Shown: piece by piece, positions 19,001 through 28,509 of the stretch | Position numbering within the stretch: the first letter of the stretch is position 1 | Layout of the letters: the number at the start of each line of letters is the position of its first letter | From: a bacterium | GTDB taxonomy: Bacteria; Patescibacteriota; Minisyncoccia; Moranbacterales; UBA1568 | Direction: 5' to 3' | DNA: 64,000 bases | Assembly: GCA_021821305.1 (NCBI GenBank) | Contig: JAKACP010000001.1 | Coordinates: 748,421 to 812,420 of the forward strand | Translations under genes and position numbers: made by a program | Notes under the pieces: generated by a model | Told to the model about the DNA's origin: nothing | What the model saw: the letters and a program-made list of their open reading frames with translations, nothing else | Databases searched by the model: none

Positions 19001-21049
19001 CTATAGTCCGAGCTCGCCTTTCTTCCCCCAGGTATCGATATCATAGGCATAGGCCGCGTCCTCGCTCACGATATAGAAGACATCGTCGATGAACAGCGCC
19101 CGTTTGATACGGTCGCCCTTGGCAGCTTTCGCGAGCGAGAGCTCATTCCCCTCATGCGAGAAGGCGTATCCTCCCTGATATCCCGGAATGAAGAAGATGT
19201 CGTGTGCCGGATCGGCGAGGAAGGCGTGGTGGTTCTGCATGGCTTCCGACCAGTACTCATCGAGGACGTATTTCGAGACCTCGCGCGGCTCATCCGGAGA
19301 CGACACGTCGAACAAGGAGAGTTTCACCTTGTCATCCTCCTTGCCGACACCGAGGATCAGATCATCGCCGAGCGGGTGCAGATAGGACGAGTATCCCGGA
19401 ATCTTCAGTTCCCCGGCCAGGCGCGGTTTATCCGGATCGGAGAGATCGAGCACGTAGAACGGATCGGTCTCCTTGAACGTCACGAGGTATCCGGTCTCAC
19501 CGATGAACCGCGCGGCGTAGATCCGCTCGCCCTGACCCAGGTCGAGCAGGCGGCCTTCCCGATCGAGATCCGCGTCGAGCACGTAGACATCGTTGGCGCT
19601 CGCATCGCTGTTCACCCATCCGAACCCGAACGATTGCCGGCCGCCGACCGTCGTCGCGACGCGCAGGCGACCGTCATATTCGTCGAGCGAGAACTGGTTG
19701 AGGAGATACCCGGGAACCGATCCCTCCGCCGCGAGCGACAGATCCGACAACGAGAGCTTCGCGATGCCGGTCGACCCGAGTTCCCGGAGATGGGTCTTGG
19801 CGTAGTCGGTCATCCGGTTCTGCACCTCGCTTTGGAATCGGAGACGGTCGTCGGCATCGCGCGAAAAGAGCGCCTGTTCCATGATCCGCGAGAACTCCGT
19901 CATCTTCGCGTCCTGGCCGATATCGTAGCCGGCAAGCTTCTCGAGCCGCTCGAATATCCCTTCGGGAAGCAGATCGCGGTTGCCGCGGAAAAATCCGAGG
20001 ATGTACCCCATCGGGTCACCCGCCTCCGGGAAGGTCGCGTAGACGGCGTTCTCGCTCATATAGACCGTCGACTGGCCGGAGGACCCGACGAACGACGTCT
20101 TCGCCTTGGCGGCGCCGGTCTTCGGGTCGACCGCGACCGCGGCGAACACCGCGTCCACGAAGGACGGGACGGCCGGCCGATAGATATCGACGCAGGCGAT
20201 CGAGAGCTTCTCGGCGCCGACCGAAAACGGGGTTATCGGACACGGGGAGGATTCGTTCACCCAGGTTTTTTCGACGAGGTAGAGCGTATCTCCGTATTTC
20301 CTCGCCGCGAGAAGCTCGGTCCCGTCGGTCTGCCGGAGCACCCATTTTTCCTTCGGGTTCGCCTTGTCCGAGATATCGAAGGCGGCGATATCGCGCCGCG
20401 ACAGATCGAACACGACGAGCGTGTCACCGAAGAGGAGCATCTCTCCGCTCCGTCCCAGCGAAGCCACCTTCGACATCGCTTCCGCCGGAACCGCGGAGAT
20501 GATATCCGTCCGTCCCGTCGGAACGTATGCCGGGACGGTACCGCTCTCCCCCGGAGCGAGCAGACTCGCTTCCGTATCGGCGGCGCGCTTTTCCATGACC
20601 GGGCTGTCGAGTATGCGGTAGTCCGGTTCACGCGAGAAATATATGGTCGATCCGTCCGTCTTCACGATATCCGGCTCGTCGATCCCCGCGACCTGGACGT
20701 TCGTCTCGGAAAATCGTTCCGGTGTCGCGGTGGATTTCACGGAGGTCTCCGGTGTCGCGGCATCCAGGGTCATGACGTCGCCCCCCATCCGTCCGCCCAT
20801 ACCGAACCCGGACGATTGGGCCGCTCGGGCCGCGACGAGGTAGCTTCTGAACTCCTCCTCGCTTCCGAACTTCCCGATATCCCCGACACGACCCGCGTCG
20901 GGCGAACCCGCCTTCGGCAGGACATCCGACAGACGGCCTTTCATGTTCCCGATCTCGCGTATCGATGGTATGAGCGCGACGATCGCCGCGAGTATCCCGA
21001 ACAGCGCGAGGAGCAACCCGAGCGCGAGGAGAAGTCGTTTCGTTTGCAT
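19001..21049 (-). CDS. membrane-anchored beta-propeller domain protein (Beta_propel / PF09826-like)
   Basis: N-terminal TM (LLLALGLLLALFGILAAIVALIP) and recurrent YVLD/LSLFDVS/FYVLDLSDP blade-like motifs. 682 aa. Confidence 0.65.
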   Translation of the reverse strand: MQTKRLLLALGLLLALFGILAAIVALIPSIREIGNMKGRLSDVLPKAGSPDAGRVGDIGKFGSEEEFRSYLVAARAAQSSGFGMGGRMGGDVMTLDAATPETSVKSTATPERFSETNVQVAGIDEPDIVKTDGSTIYFSREPDYRILDSPVMEKRAADTEASLLAPGESGTVPAYVPTGRTDIISAVPAEAMSKVASLGRSGEMLLFGDTLVVFDLSRRDIAAFDISDKANPKEKWVLRQTDGTELLAARKYGDTLYLVEKTWVNESSPCPITPFSVGAEKLSIACVDIYRPAVPSFVDAVFAAVAVDPKTGAAKAKTSFVGSSGQSTVYMSENAVYATFPEAGDPMGYILGFFRGNRDLLPEGIFERLEKLAGYDIGQDAKMTEFSRIMEQALFSRDADDRLRFQSEVQNRMTDYAKTHLRELGSTGIAKLSLSDLSLAAEGSVPGYLLNQFSLDEYDGRLRVATTVGGRQSFGFGWVNSDASANDVYVLDADLDREGRLLDLGQGERIYAARFIGETGYLVTFKETDPFYVLDLSDPDKPRLAGELKIPGYSSYLHPLGDDLILGVGKEDDKVKLSLFDVSSPDEPREVSKYVLDEYWSEAMQNHHAFLADPAHDIFFIPGYQGGYAFSHEGNELSLAKAAKGDRIKRALFIDDVFYIVSEDAAYAYDIDTWGKKGELGL

Positions 21050-21118
21050 GGCATTTGTATGAACGTATTCGCCTCCAGTATATCAGAAACTGTCCGACAT
21101 GAGATCTCGGGCAGTTTC

Positions 21119-22654
21119 TTATAACCCGAGCTTCGCGAGCCGCGAGCGTATGCCGCCCGGCTCGCGGCCGAGGATCGCGGCGATCTCGGCGACGGAAAGT
21201 TCCTTGCGATGCATCGCACGCAGTTCCGCCTCCTCCTCTTCGCTCCATCGCCGATAGGCGCCGGGACGTTTTTCCTTCCTTTGTTTTCCCGGAACGGTTT
21301 TCTTCTTCGGTTTCGCCTTTTCGCTCGACCGCACCTCGCCACCGCTCCGCCTTATGAACGTTTCGGACTGGTCCCGAAGCTCCGTTTCGGAGAGAGCGGC
21401 GTATCGGGCCCGCGCCTCGTCGGACGCGGCTCGGAAGAGTGCATCCTGCTCCGATACCCCGGGATGGACGCGGAACGCCTGCGCGGAAACGCCGAGAAGA
21501 TGTACTCCCTCGAGTGTCCGCACCCGGGAGAGCGCGACATACCCCTGTCCGAACTCGAATACCCGGGAGAGGTCCATCACCGCGGCGTCGAGGCTCATGC
21601 CCTGGCTCTTGTGTATCGTCATGGCCCAGGCCAATCGGAGCGGAATCTGTATGATCTTGGCGAGCGGTTCCCCGTCCTCCTCGAGCAGCCACTCCATCGG
21701 TTCGACCGTGATGCGCTTGCCTTCCCGTGTCTCGATGATCGGGTAGCGGCGTTCATCGGCGAATCCGACCACCGTACCGAGCGTGCCGTTTACGAACCCG
21801 GCGCTCGGATTGTTCTTGGTGCAGACGACGGACGCGCCCTCCTTGAGCTCGAGACGTTCCGGAGACAGGCATCCCTTCTTGAGCGAGGCGACGAGCCCCT
21901 CGGGGCCGCGTTCCGCCATGACGAATACCCATGTCTTCCCGGAAAGGCGCGCGAGTTCGCGCGCGTTAAGCGTGTCCACGTTGGTGTTGTGCGAATACAG
22001 CCGCACGACCTCGGGAGGAACCGGCAACCGTACCGAGAGCCGCGCCTCGATGCGCTCGAAATGCGTCTCGTCGAATTCGTCCCGGCGGATCGCTCCGAGC
22101 ACCTCGAGAAACGCCCGGTCCTCCTGCCGGTACTGTTCCTCGAGATAACAGACGGCGGGCGAAAGCGATCGCCACGCGGCCGACTCGAACGCGAAGGTGA
22201 CCCGCTCCCCTCCCCGCGATACCGGCGGAAGCTGAAAGAAATCGCCAACGAAGACGACCTGCATGCCGCCCCACGGCTCCTCGGACTTGCGTGCCCTGCG
22301 GCAGACCCTCTCGACCATGTCGAGCGTGTCGCCGTCTATCATCGACACCTCGTCGATGATGAGCGTGCGGCAGTTCTTGATGCGGCGCGCGATGTATCTC
22401 CCGCGGGCGATGTCGGTTATATCCCCGTCGGTAAGATGCCGGCGGATGCCGATACCGCTCCACGAGTGGAGCGTCATGCCGTGGATATGCGTCGCGGCGA
22501 TGCCCGTCGATGCCGTGATGGCGGGTTCGATGCCGCGGTCGCGCAGGTAGCGGACGTAGCGGTTTACGGTATGCGTCTTTCCCGATCCGGGCTCTCCGGT
22601 CAGAAACACGCTCGCTCCGGTCTTGAGTATGGTCAGAGCCTCTTCTTGGGTCAT
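21119..22654 (-). CDS. PIF1/RecD-like SF1 helicase with C-terminal sigma70-region-4-like HTH
   Basis: LTGEPGSGKTH Walker A, LIIDEVSMID Walker B, QGMSLD and YVALSRVR Pif1 motifs. C-terminal WSEEEEAELRAMHRKELSVAEIAAILGREPGGIRSRL HTH. Confidence 0.8.
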   Translation of the reverse strand: MTQEEALTILKTGASVFLTGEPGSGKTHTVNRYVRYLRDRGIEPAITASTGIAATHIHGMTLHSWSGIGIRRHLTDGDITDIARGRYIARRIKNCRTLIIDEVSMIDGDTLDMVERVCRRARKSEEPWGGMQVVFVGDFFQLPPVSRGGERVTFAFESAAWRSLSPAVCYLEEQYRQEDRAFLEVLGAIRRDEFDETHFERIEARLSVRLPVPPEVVRLYSHNTNVDTLNARELARLSGKTWVFVMAERGPEGLVASLKKGCLSPERLELKEGASVVCTKNNPSAGFVNGTLGTVVGFADERRYPIIETREGKRITVEPMEWLLEEDGEPLAKIIQIPLRLAWAMTIHKSQGMSLDAAVMDLSRVFEFGQGYVALSRVRTLEGVHLLGVSAQAFRVHPGVSEQDALFRAASDEARARYAALSETELRDQSETFIRRSGGEVRSSEKAKPKKKTVPGKQRKEKRPGAYRRWSEEEEAELRAMHRKELSVAEIAAILGREPGGIRSRLAKLGL

Positions 22655-22687
22655 AGGTATCAGGGCGATGAGATATCGGACGGTTAC

Positions 22688-23047
22688 TTAGCTCATGAAA
22701 TCGGGATCGCCGTCCAAGCGGGCATGCCAGGCGGCCACGTTGGTATAGACATAGAGGACGAGCACGACCAGAAAGAGTCCGGACAGATGTTCCGCATCGG
22801 GAGCGGCCGCGCCGATGAGGAGAACGGTCATGGGAAAAGAGATGAGCGGAAGCGCTATGTCGCTCGCCACGTTCCACGATGCCTCACGGAGACGGAAGCG
22901 CATCTCCAGAAGTTCCCAAAAAACCGCGAACGCGAAGGTGAGGAAAAACATGGGCAGTACCGGCAACGCGAACACGGCCGCGAACAGCGCGGCCACCGCC
23001 CCGGACAGGAAGTGCGGTATGGACCAGAAGTCGAGCAGTGTCTTCAT
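22688..23047 (-). CDS. small integral membrane protein (3-4 TM), unknown function
   Basis: Hydrophobic throughout. Start at MKTLLDFWSIPHFL (23047). Confidence 0.45.
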   Translation of the reverse strand: MKTLLDFWSIPHFLSGAVAALFAAVFALPVLPMFFLTFAFAVFWELLEMRFRLREASWNVASDIALPLISFPMTVLLIGAAAPDAEHLSGLFLVVLVLYVYTNVAAWHARLDGDPDFMS

Positions 23048-23141
23048 ATGGGTCCACTGTACCATATTCGACCACCCGCGAACAAAGAAAACGAAAAATC
23101 CGCCGTGAAGGCGGATTTTCGATCGTCAGTTAGGCGAAGCT

Positions 23142-24416
23142 CTACGCTCGGAATTTGTCGATGAAAGTGAGGGCGCTTCCCGATTTGCTCCCGCGACCGG
23201 TCCGACCGATACGGTGGATATAGTCCTCGTAGGTCGCCGGCAGATCGTAGTTGATGACATGCGTCACGCCATCGATATCGAGGCCGCGCGCCGCCACATC
23301 GGTCGCGACGAGCACGCTGACCTTCCCCGCGCGGAAGCCGTCGAGCGCGCGCTTGCGCTGACCCTGTGACAGATCGCCATGGATGGCGTCGGCCTGGAAG
23401 CCGCGGATCTTGAGCGTCTTCGCGAGCTTGGCCGCGCCGTACTTGGTACGCAGGAAGATGATCGACTTCTCGAACTCGGGCTTGAGGAGGAGATCATGGA
23501 GTATCTCGACCTTCTTCTCCCGGCTCTCGGAATAGATGACGTCCTGGTCGACGTTCTCGGAGGTGGCACGGGACGACGGGATGGAGATCATGATCGGGTC
23601 CTGGAGGAACTTCATCGCGAGGTCCTTGGCTCCGCGCTCGAGCGTAGCCGAAAAGAAGAGCGACTGCCGCTTCTCGGGAAGCAGGGAGAGGAGATGTCGG
23701 ATTTCCTTGACGAATCCCATGTCGAGCATGCGGTCCACCTCATCGAGGACGACATTGCTGTAATCGGGCATCATGAGGAACTTCCGATCGATCAGGTCCT
23801 TGACCCGTCCCGGGGTACCGATGACGAAGTTCGGCGAGCGACGCACGTCGCGCGCCTGCTTATCGAGATGCACGCCGCCGATCGTGAGCACGGAGGCAAG
23901 GTTCATCCCGCGCGCGAATTCCTTGAATTCCTCCTCGATCTGGACGGCGAGTTCACGCGTCGGGACGAGGATGATCGCGCGTTCCTTGGGATGGAGGAGC
24001 GCCTTGTTGATGAGCGGAATGAGGAACGCGGCGGTCTTGCCGGTTCCGGTATTGGCGATACCGATGAGGTCGCGTCCCTTCAGGATATGCGGGATCGCAC
24101 CGTCCTGGATCGGGGTCGGATGCTCGTAGTTCCGCCGTGCGATGGACGCCTTGAGGCGTTCCTCTATATGGAAATCGGCGAAGCGATGCTCCGGATGGAA
24201 AGCGACGGTCTCGGTCTTCTCTATCGCCTTGCGGACGAACATGGAGACGTCGAGGCCAAGCTGACCCTTCTGCTTCTTGGCACCGCGCTTCATGTCGCGG
24301 AACGTGAACGGATTGTTCCCCTTCTTGACCGGACCGGTGTATTTCTTCGGCCCGCGCGACCCGCCGAATCCCCCGGATCCGGTCTTTTTTGCTCCCGTAT
24401 AAGATTTCTTGTACAT
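23142..24416 (-). CDS. DEAD-box ATP-dependent RNA helicase with basic G/K-rich N-terminal extension
   Basis: Q-motif (PTPIQ), NTGTGKTAAF, VPTRELA, DEVD, SAT and HRIGRTGR motifs. Confidence 0.9.
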   Translation of the reverse strand: MYKKSYTGAKKTGSGGFGGSRGPKKYTGPVKKGNNPFTFRDMKRGAKKQKGQLGLDVSMFVRKAIEKTETVAFHPEHRFADFHIEERLKASIARRNYEHPTPIQDGAIPHILKGRDLIGIANTGTGKTAAFLIPLINKALLHPKERAIILVPTRELAVQIEEEFKEFARGMNLASVLTIGGVHLDKQARDVRRSPNFVIGTPGRVKDLIDRKFLMMPDYSNVVLDEVDRMLDMGFVKEIRHLLSLLPEKRQSLFFSATLERGAKDLAMKFLQDPIMISIPSSRATSENVDQDVIYSESREKKVEILHDLLLKPEFEKSIIFLRTKYGAAKLAKTLKIRGFQADAIHGDLSQGQRKRALDGFRAGKVSVLVATDVAARGLDIDGVTHVINYDLPATYEDYIHRIGRTGRGSKSGSALTFIDKFRA

Positions 24417-24496
24417 GATTCTCTATGATTATCTACTAAAAAAGCGCCTGTGAGGCACTTGTTCAATAGATGAAAAAAGATACCATACAGCGATTC

Positions 24497-24525
24497 ACTA
24501 TATCACTTCCTCGTTGCGATGTCAA
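24497..24525 (-). promoter_or_regulatory. sigma70 promoter TTGACA-17-TATAGT driving the DEAD-box helicase gene
   Basis: Reverse strand ttgaca (24525-24520), 17-nt spacer, tatagt (24502-24497). About 80 nt upstream of the ATG at 24416. Confidence 0.6.
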
Positions 24526-24605
24526 GTGCGCACGACCCGACGCCCGGAGCGCGAACCCCGGAGAAAACAGAAATCCCGATCGGACGGACCGAACGGGATC
24601 CTTGT

Positions 24606-24630
24606 TCTTGGCGGGGACGAAGGGACTCGG
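24606..24630. repeat. 25-bp direct repeat copy of the tRNA-Asp 3' end (att-like)
   Basis: tcttggcggggacgaagggactcgg is identical to 24802-24826, i.e. the T-loop, acceptor 3' strand and CCA plus 3 flanking nt of tRNA-Asp, 175 bp downstream of the tRNA. Confidence 0.75.
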
Positions 24631-24804
24631 TCACGGATAATCCGCTCGCCGTCGCGACCGGATTTCCGCGACCCCGGCTCGCGGTTTCGCGTGCTCGCGA
24701 AACATCGCTCCGCCTTCCTCGTCCCTACGCAAGCGAAGCAGTTCGCTTGCTTCGTCTTCCGAAAGAAAACGAAATCCTGACCATATGGTCGGGATTTGTG
24801 ATCT

Positions 24805-24881
24805 TGGCGGGGACGAAGGGACTCGGACCCTCGACCTCCACAGTGACAGTGTGGCGCTCTAACCAGCTGAGCTACGCCCCC
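24805..24881 (-). tRNA. tRNA-Asp (GTC), CCA encoded
   Basis: Manual cloverleaf: GGGGGCG acceptor, anticodon loop CTGTCAC, TTCGAGT-type T-loop. 77 nt. Confidence 0.85.
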
Positions 24882-24987
24882 AAGATGACTTCCTCGTATA
24901 TCCGATACCACAATCCAATCACCAAACAATCACTCCGTTTGGTTGTTGGAGCCTGGTCCCCGGTCTTTTTTCAAGAGTACCAGGGGA

Positions 24988-25061
24988 GAGATTCGAACTC
25001 TCGACCCCGGGCTTATGAGTCCCGTGCTCTAACCAACTGAGCTACCCTGGCGATAGATAGT
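24988..25061 (-). tRNA. tRNA with CAT anticodon (elongator Met or lysidine-type Ile2), no encoded CCA
   Basis: GCCAGGG acceptor, anticodon loop CTCATAA, TTCGAAT T-loop. Confidence 0.75.
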
Positions 25062-25095
25062 TCAAACCCGATTCCCACATTTTGCACTAACTATG

Positions 25096-25169
25096 TTGCG
25101 GGGGTGGGATTCGAACCCACGACCTCCTGGTTATGAGCCAGACGAGCTGCCAGACTGCTCTACCCCGCT
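25096..25169 (-). tRNA. initiator tRNA-fMet (CAT)
   Basis: Near-identical to the E. coli initiator over the D-arm, anticodon arm (GGCTCATAACC) and T-arm. Unpaired 1:72 (A:A). Confidence 0.8.
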
Positions 25170-25184
25170 GTATTGACCGCCTTG

Positions 25185-25258
25185 TGGGTGATCCAAGATT
25201 CGAACTTGGGACCTCGACATTATCAGTGTCGCGCTCTAACCAACTGAGCTAATCACCC
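25185..25258 (-). tRNA. tRNA-Ile (GAT)
   Basis: GGGTGAT acceptor, anticodon loop CTGATAA, TTCGAAT T-loop. Confidence 0.85.
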
Positions 25259-25335
25259 GTATTTGGTTGCGGCCGAGAATACCAAAAAGAGCTCAGTGCC
25301 GAGCCCGTACACTGTACACTATCCCGAGAAAAAGT

Positions 25336-26004
25336 TCAAGGGGTTCGTCCGGTGTCGGCGTTTTCCGCGAGGAATTTCGCGGCCGAAGGGCAGATATTCG
25401 CGATCGGACACTCCCCGCACTTCGGTTTCCGTGGGATACAGATGGCGCGGCCGTGGGTGATGAAGAGCTCGTTTATGAGGAGATAATCCTTCGGTGCGAA
25501 CAGCTTCCCGAGATCCTCGGACATCCTGTCCGCCGTCGTAGCGTTCGAGAGCCCGAGCCGCGGCGCGACCCGGAAGACATGCGTGTCGACCGCGACGCCG
25601 AGGTGCTTGCCGAACGCCTTGGCGAGCACGATGTAGGCAGTCTTGTGCGAAACGCCGGGGAGTGAGAGCAATCCCTCGAGCGTGTTCGGGACTTCACCGC
25701 CATACTTTTCGACGAGGATCTTCCCGAGCCCCTTCAGATGCTTCGCCTTGTTCCGATAGAATCCCGTCGAATAGATCTCCTTCTCGAGCGTCGCGAGGTC
25801 CGCCGTCGCGTACGCGTCCGCGGTCCGGTATTTCGCGAAAAGCGTCTCGGTCACCCGGTTCACCCGCTCGTCCGTGCACTGTGCCGAGAGTACCGTTCCC
25901 ACCACCAATTCCAATGGCGTGGACCATGCGACGAACGGCCCAGGTTCGGGGTAGGCCTTCTTGAGGCATTTCATTATTTCCCGGATGCGGTCTTTCTCGG
26001 TCAT
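25336..26004 (-). CDS. nth: endonuclease III (Nth), HhH-GPD with C-terminal 4Fe-4S cluster
   Basis: HhH-GPD motif (LPGVSHKTAYIVL...VDTHVFRV) and CX6CX2CX5C at the C-terminus. Start at MTEKDRIREI (26004), overlapping the SulP stop by 4 nt. Confidence 0.9.
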   Translation of the reverse strand: MTEKDRIREIMKCLKKAYPEPGPFVAWSTPLELVVGTVLSAQCTDERVNRVTETLFAKYRTADAYATADLATLEKEIYSTGFYRNKAKHLKGLGKILVEKYGGEVPNTLEGLLSLPGVSHKTAYIVLAKAFGKHLGVAVDTHVFRVAPRLGLSNATTADRMSEDLGKLFAPKDYLLINELFITHGRAICIPRKPKCGECPIANICPSAAKFLAENADTGRTP

Positions 26005-27773
26005 ACGCCGCCTGTCCGTTCGGGGCATTCATGGAAAATCCTCGCCGTGCACGAGGCGCATATCTCGTGGCTCAGTTTCTTCCTCACGATCGCGGCGAGC
26101 GCTTCGCTCTTGGACGTGAAGATGTTCTCCTCGCCCAGGACATCGACATATCCGCCGCTCTCGAGCACTTCCAGGACGACCGGATTCACGTTCGACAAGA
26201 AGAGATCGCCTCCCGCCTTCCGGAGACGTTCCGCGCGATGGACCAGCATGTCCGCGCCGGCAAGATCGATATGGCTGATCCCCGTACAGACCAGGAGTAG
26301 GAACTTCCTCCCCTTCCCGGCCGATTCCAATCTCAGGAATTCGCTTTCGACATGCTCCACCGAACCGAAAAAGAGCGAACCGTCGATACGGACCGTCTCG
26401 AGCTGCGGACACAGCGGAAGATTTTCCACCACTGAGAACTTCCGTTTCGGATGTTCCGGGTCCGGAACGTATCTGACGACGGCCGGACGGGCTGCCCGGC
26501 GGAGGTAGAGCGCGAGCGACAGGAGTATGCCGATGAAGATGGCGAACTCGAGTTCGATCAGAAGCGTGGAGACGAACGTCACCAGAAGGAGCGCGGACTC
26601 GGATCGGCTCGCCTTCACGATCGAGCGGATGTGATGGAAGTCGACGAGACCCCACGCGACCAGGAACAATACCGCCGCCATCACCGCGAGCGGCAGGAAT
26701 GCCGCGAGCGGCGCCACGAACAGCACGATCACGGCGAGGAACACGGATGCGAACACGGAAGCGAGCGGCGTCTTGGCTCCCGCCTCGAAATTGAGTCCGC
26801 TCCGGTTGAAGGATCCGCTCGACGGATAGGCGGAAAAGAAGCTCCCGATCACATTGGAAGCGCCCTGCCCTATGAATTCCTGATTCCCGTCGATATGCTG
26901 GCCGGATTTCAGGCCGACGGCCCGCGCGATGGCGACCGCTTCGGTGAGCGCGAGGAGCGTGATCGCGAGCGCCGACGAGGAGAGCATCCCCACCGTCTCG
27001 AGATCGAGCTCGGGAAGCGACACGGGCGGCAGGGTCGCCGGGATACTGCCGACGGTCCGGATACCCGTCATCGCCGCGCCGTAATGTTCATTGAGGAAGA
27101 ATCCGAGCACGCTTCCCGCGAGAATCGCCGGAATCATATACGGGATCCGCCGGAACCATGTCTTGACGGCGATACCGACCACGAGCGTCACCGCGCCGAC
27201 GAGCACGACGTACCAGTTCATGGAAGCGAGGTTCGTGAAGAAATAGTGCCACGTCTCGGAAAACGAACTTCCCTGCGGAACCGCTATCCCGAAAAAATTC
27301 TTCACCTGGTTGGAGGCGATGAGAATAGCCGCGCCGGCGGTGAATCCGATCACGACCGTATGCGAGATGAAGTTCACGAGCGACCCGAGCTGCATCCATC
27401 CCATGATGAGCTGGATGGCACCGACCAAAAACGAGAGCGTGATCGCGAGGCCGACGTATTCGGCGCTTCCGACGGCCGCCATCGGACTCACCGACGCGAA
27501 GACGACGAGCGAGATCGCGGTGGTCGGCCCGGAGACGAGGTGCCACGACGACCCCCAGAGCGCCGCGATGATGGCCGGGACGATCGCGGAATAGAGACCG
27601 TACTCGGGAGGGAGCCCGGCGATCGTCGCGAAGGCCACGCCCTGCGGAAGGACGATGATCGCGCCGACCAGCCCCGCCAGGGTATCTTTGCGGAGCGAAA
27701 AACGGTTCACCTGCGACTTCCACGTCAGGAAAGGGAATATCTTGCTAAGACGCTGTTCCATAGGACAAAACAT
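26001..27773 (-). CDS. SulP-family anion transporter with C-terminal STAS domain
   Basis: SulP TM core (IVLPQGVAFATIAGLPPEYGLYSAIVPAIIAALWGSS) and STAS domain at the C-terminus. Confidence 0.85.
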   Translation of the reverse strand: MFCPMEQRLSKIFPFLTWKSQVNRFSLRKDTLAGLVGAIIVLPQGVAFATIAGLPPEYGLYSAIVPAIIAALWGSSWHLVSGPTTAISLVVFASVSPMAAVGSAEYVGLAITLSFLVGAIQLIMGWMQLGSLVNFISHTVVIGFTAGAAILIASNQVKNFFGIAVPQGSSFSETWHYFFTNLASMNWYVVLVGAVTLVVGIAVKTWFRRIPYMIPAILAGSVLGFFLNEHYGAAMTGIRTVGSIPATLPPVSLPELDLETVGMLSSSALAITLLALTEAVAIARAVGLKSGQHIDGNQEFIGQGASNVIGSFFSAYPSSGSFNRSGLNFEAGAKTPLASVFASVFLAVIVLFVAPLAAFLPLAVMAAVLFLVAWGLVDFHHIRSIVKASRSESALLLVTFVSTLLIELEFAIFIGILLSLALYLRRAARPAVVRYVPDPEHPKRKFSVVENLPLCPQLETVRIDGSLFFGSVEHVESEFLRLESAGKGRKFLLLVCTGISHIDLAGADMLVHRAERLRKAGGDLFLSNVNPVVLEVLESGGYVDVLGEENIFTSKSEALAAIVRKKLSHEICASCTARIFHECPERTGGV

Positions 27774-27908
27774 AAGAACATCCGGTCAGGATGTACTGAT
27801 ACCTCCGAAGACTCGGCCGGAAAGAAAGCCGACGAACGAGGAAATCGTAGCGGAAATCGACGGATTTGTCCATGAAGGACCATCCGAGGAGCGAACTCAT
27901 TCCCCTCC

Positions 27909-28304
27909 CTATCGGGGACTCTCCAGTCTACGGATCATCTTCTTGATCTCCTCGAGATCCGCCTGCATGTCGCGGATTTCCGATTCGGCCTTCCTGTCGA
28001 CGGCGAAATCCTGCGCCGCCTTGGCGCGGTCGCGTTCGGCGGTCCGGTTCTGGCTCATAAGGATGACCGGCGCCTGGAACGCCGCCATCATGGACAGGAA
28101 GAGATTGAGCAGGATGAACGGATACGGATCCCAGTGCGCGATCGCACCGACGACATTCACGATCATCCAGATCACGAGCAGTCCCATGAGAGTGAGGATG
28201 AACGTCCAACTCCCGGCCCATTTCGTGAGCGTGTCCGCCGCCTTCTGTCCGGGCGTTCTCCGCCTCCGGTCCACGTCGCCGTTTTTTCTCTGCTCCTGTG
28301 ACAT
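27909..28304 (-). CDS. DUF1003 family membrane protein (second paralog)
   Basis: FQAPVILMSQNRTAERDRAKAAQDF canonical DUF1003 motif. Start at 28304 or 28337 (the ORF track N-terminus overlaps tRNA-Ala). Confidence 0.7.
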   Translation of the reverse strand: MSQEQRKNGDVDRRRRTPGQKAADTLTKWAGSWTFILTLMGLLVIWMIVNVVGAIAHWDPYPFILLNLFLSMMAAFQAPVILMSQNRTAERDRAKAAQDFAVDRKAESEIRDMQADLEEIKKMIRRLESPR

Positions 28305-28381
28305 ATGTTTTTCGGATGAAAGAAGGATCGATATCATTGTAGCATGAAAAAACGGGACTGAGCCCGTTTTCATCATATTCG

Positions 28382-28454
28382 TGGACCGTACAGGATTCGA
28401 ACCTGCGACCCCCGCATTGCAAATGCGGTGCTCTACCAACTGAGCTAACGGCCC
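28382..28454 (-). tRNA. tRNA-Ala (TGC) with G3:U70
   Basis: GGGCCGT/ACGGTCC acceptor with the G3:U70 identity pair, anticodon loop TTTGCAA. No encoded CCA. Confidence 0.85.
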
Positions 28455-28509
28455 ATCTTCGAACGGATATTTCGCTTCAGCATCCTAGCGAAAAGCCCGG
28501 GTTTTGTCT

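Noticed and set aside
24514-25040. ORFs 24514..24780, 24519..25040, 24522..24929 and 62451..62729, 62474..62662, 62477..62689
   Set aside because: They overlap tRNA genes (Asp/Met cluster; tRNA-Leu) and the att-like repeat. Translations are low complexity.
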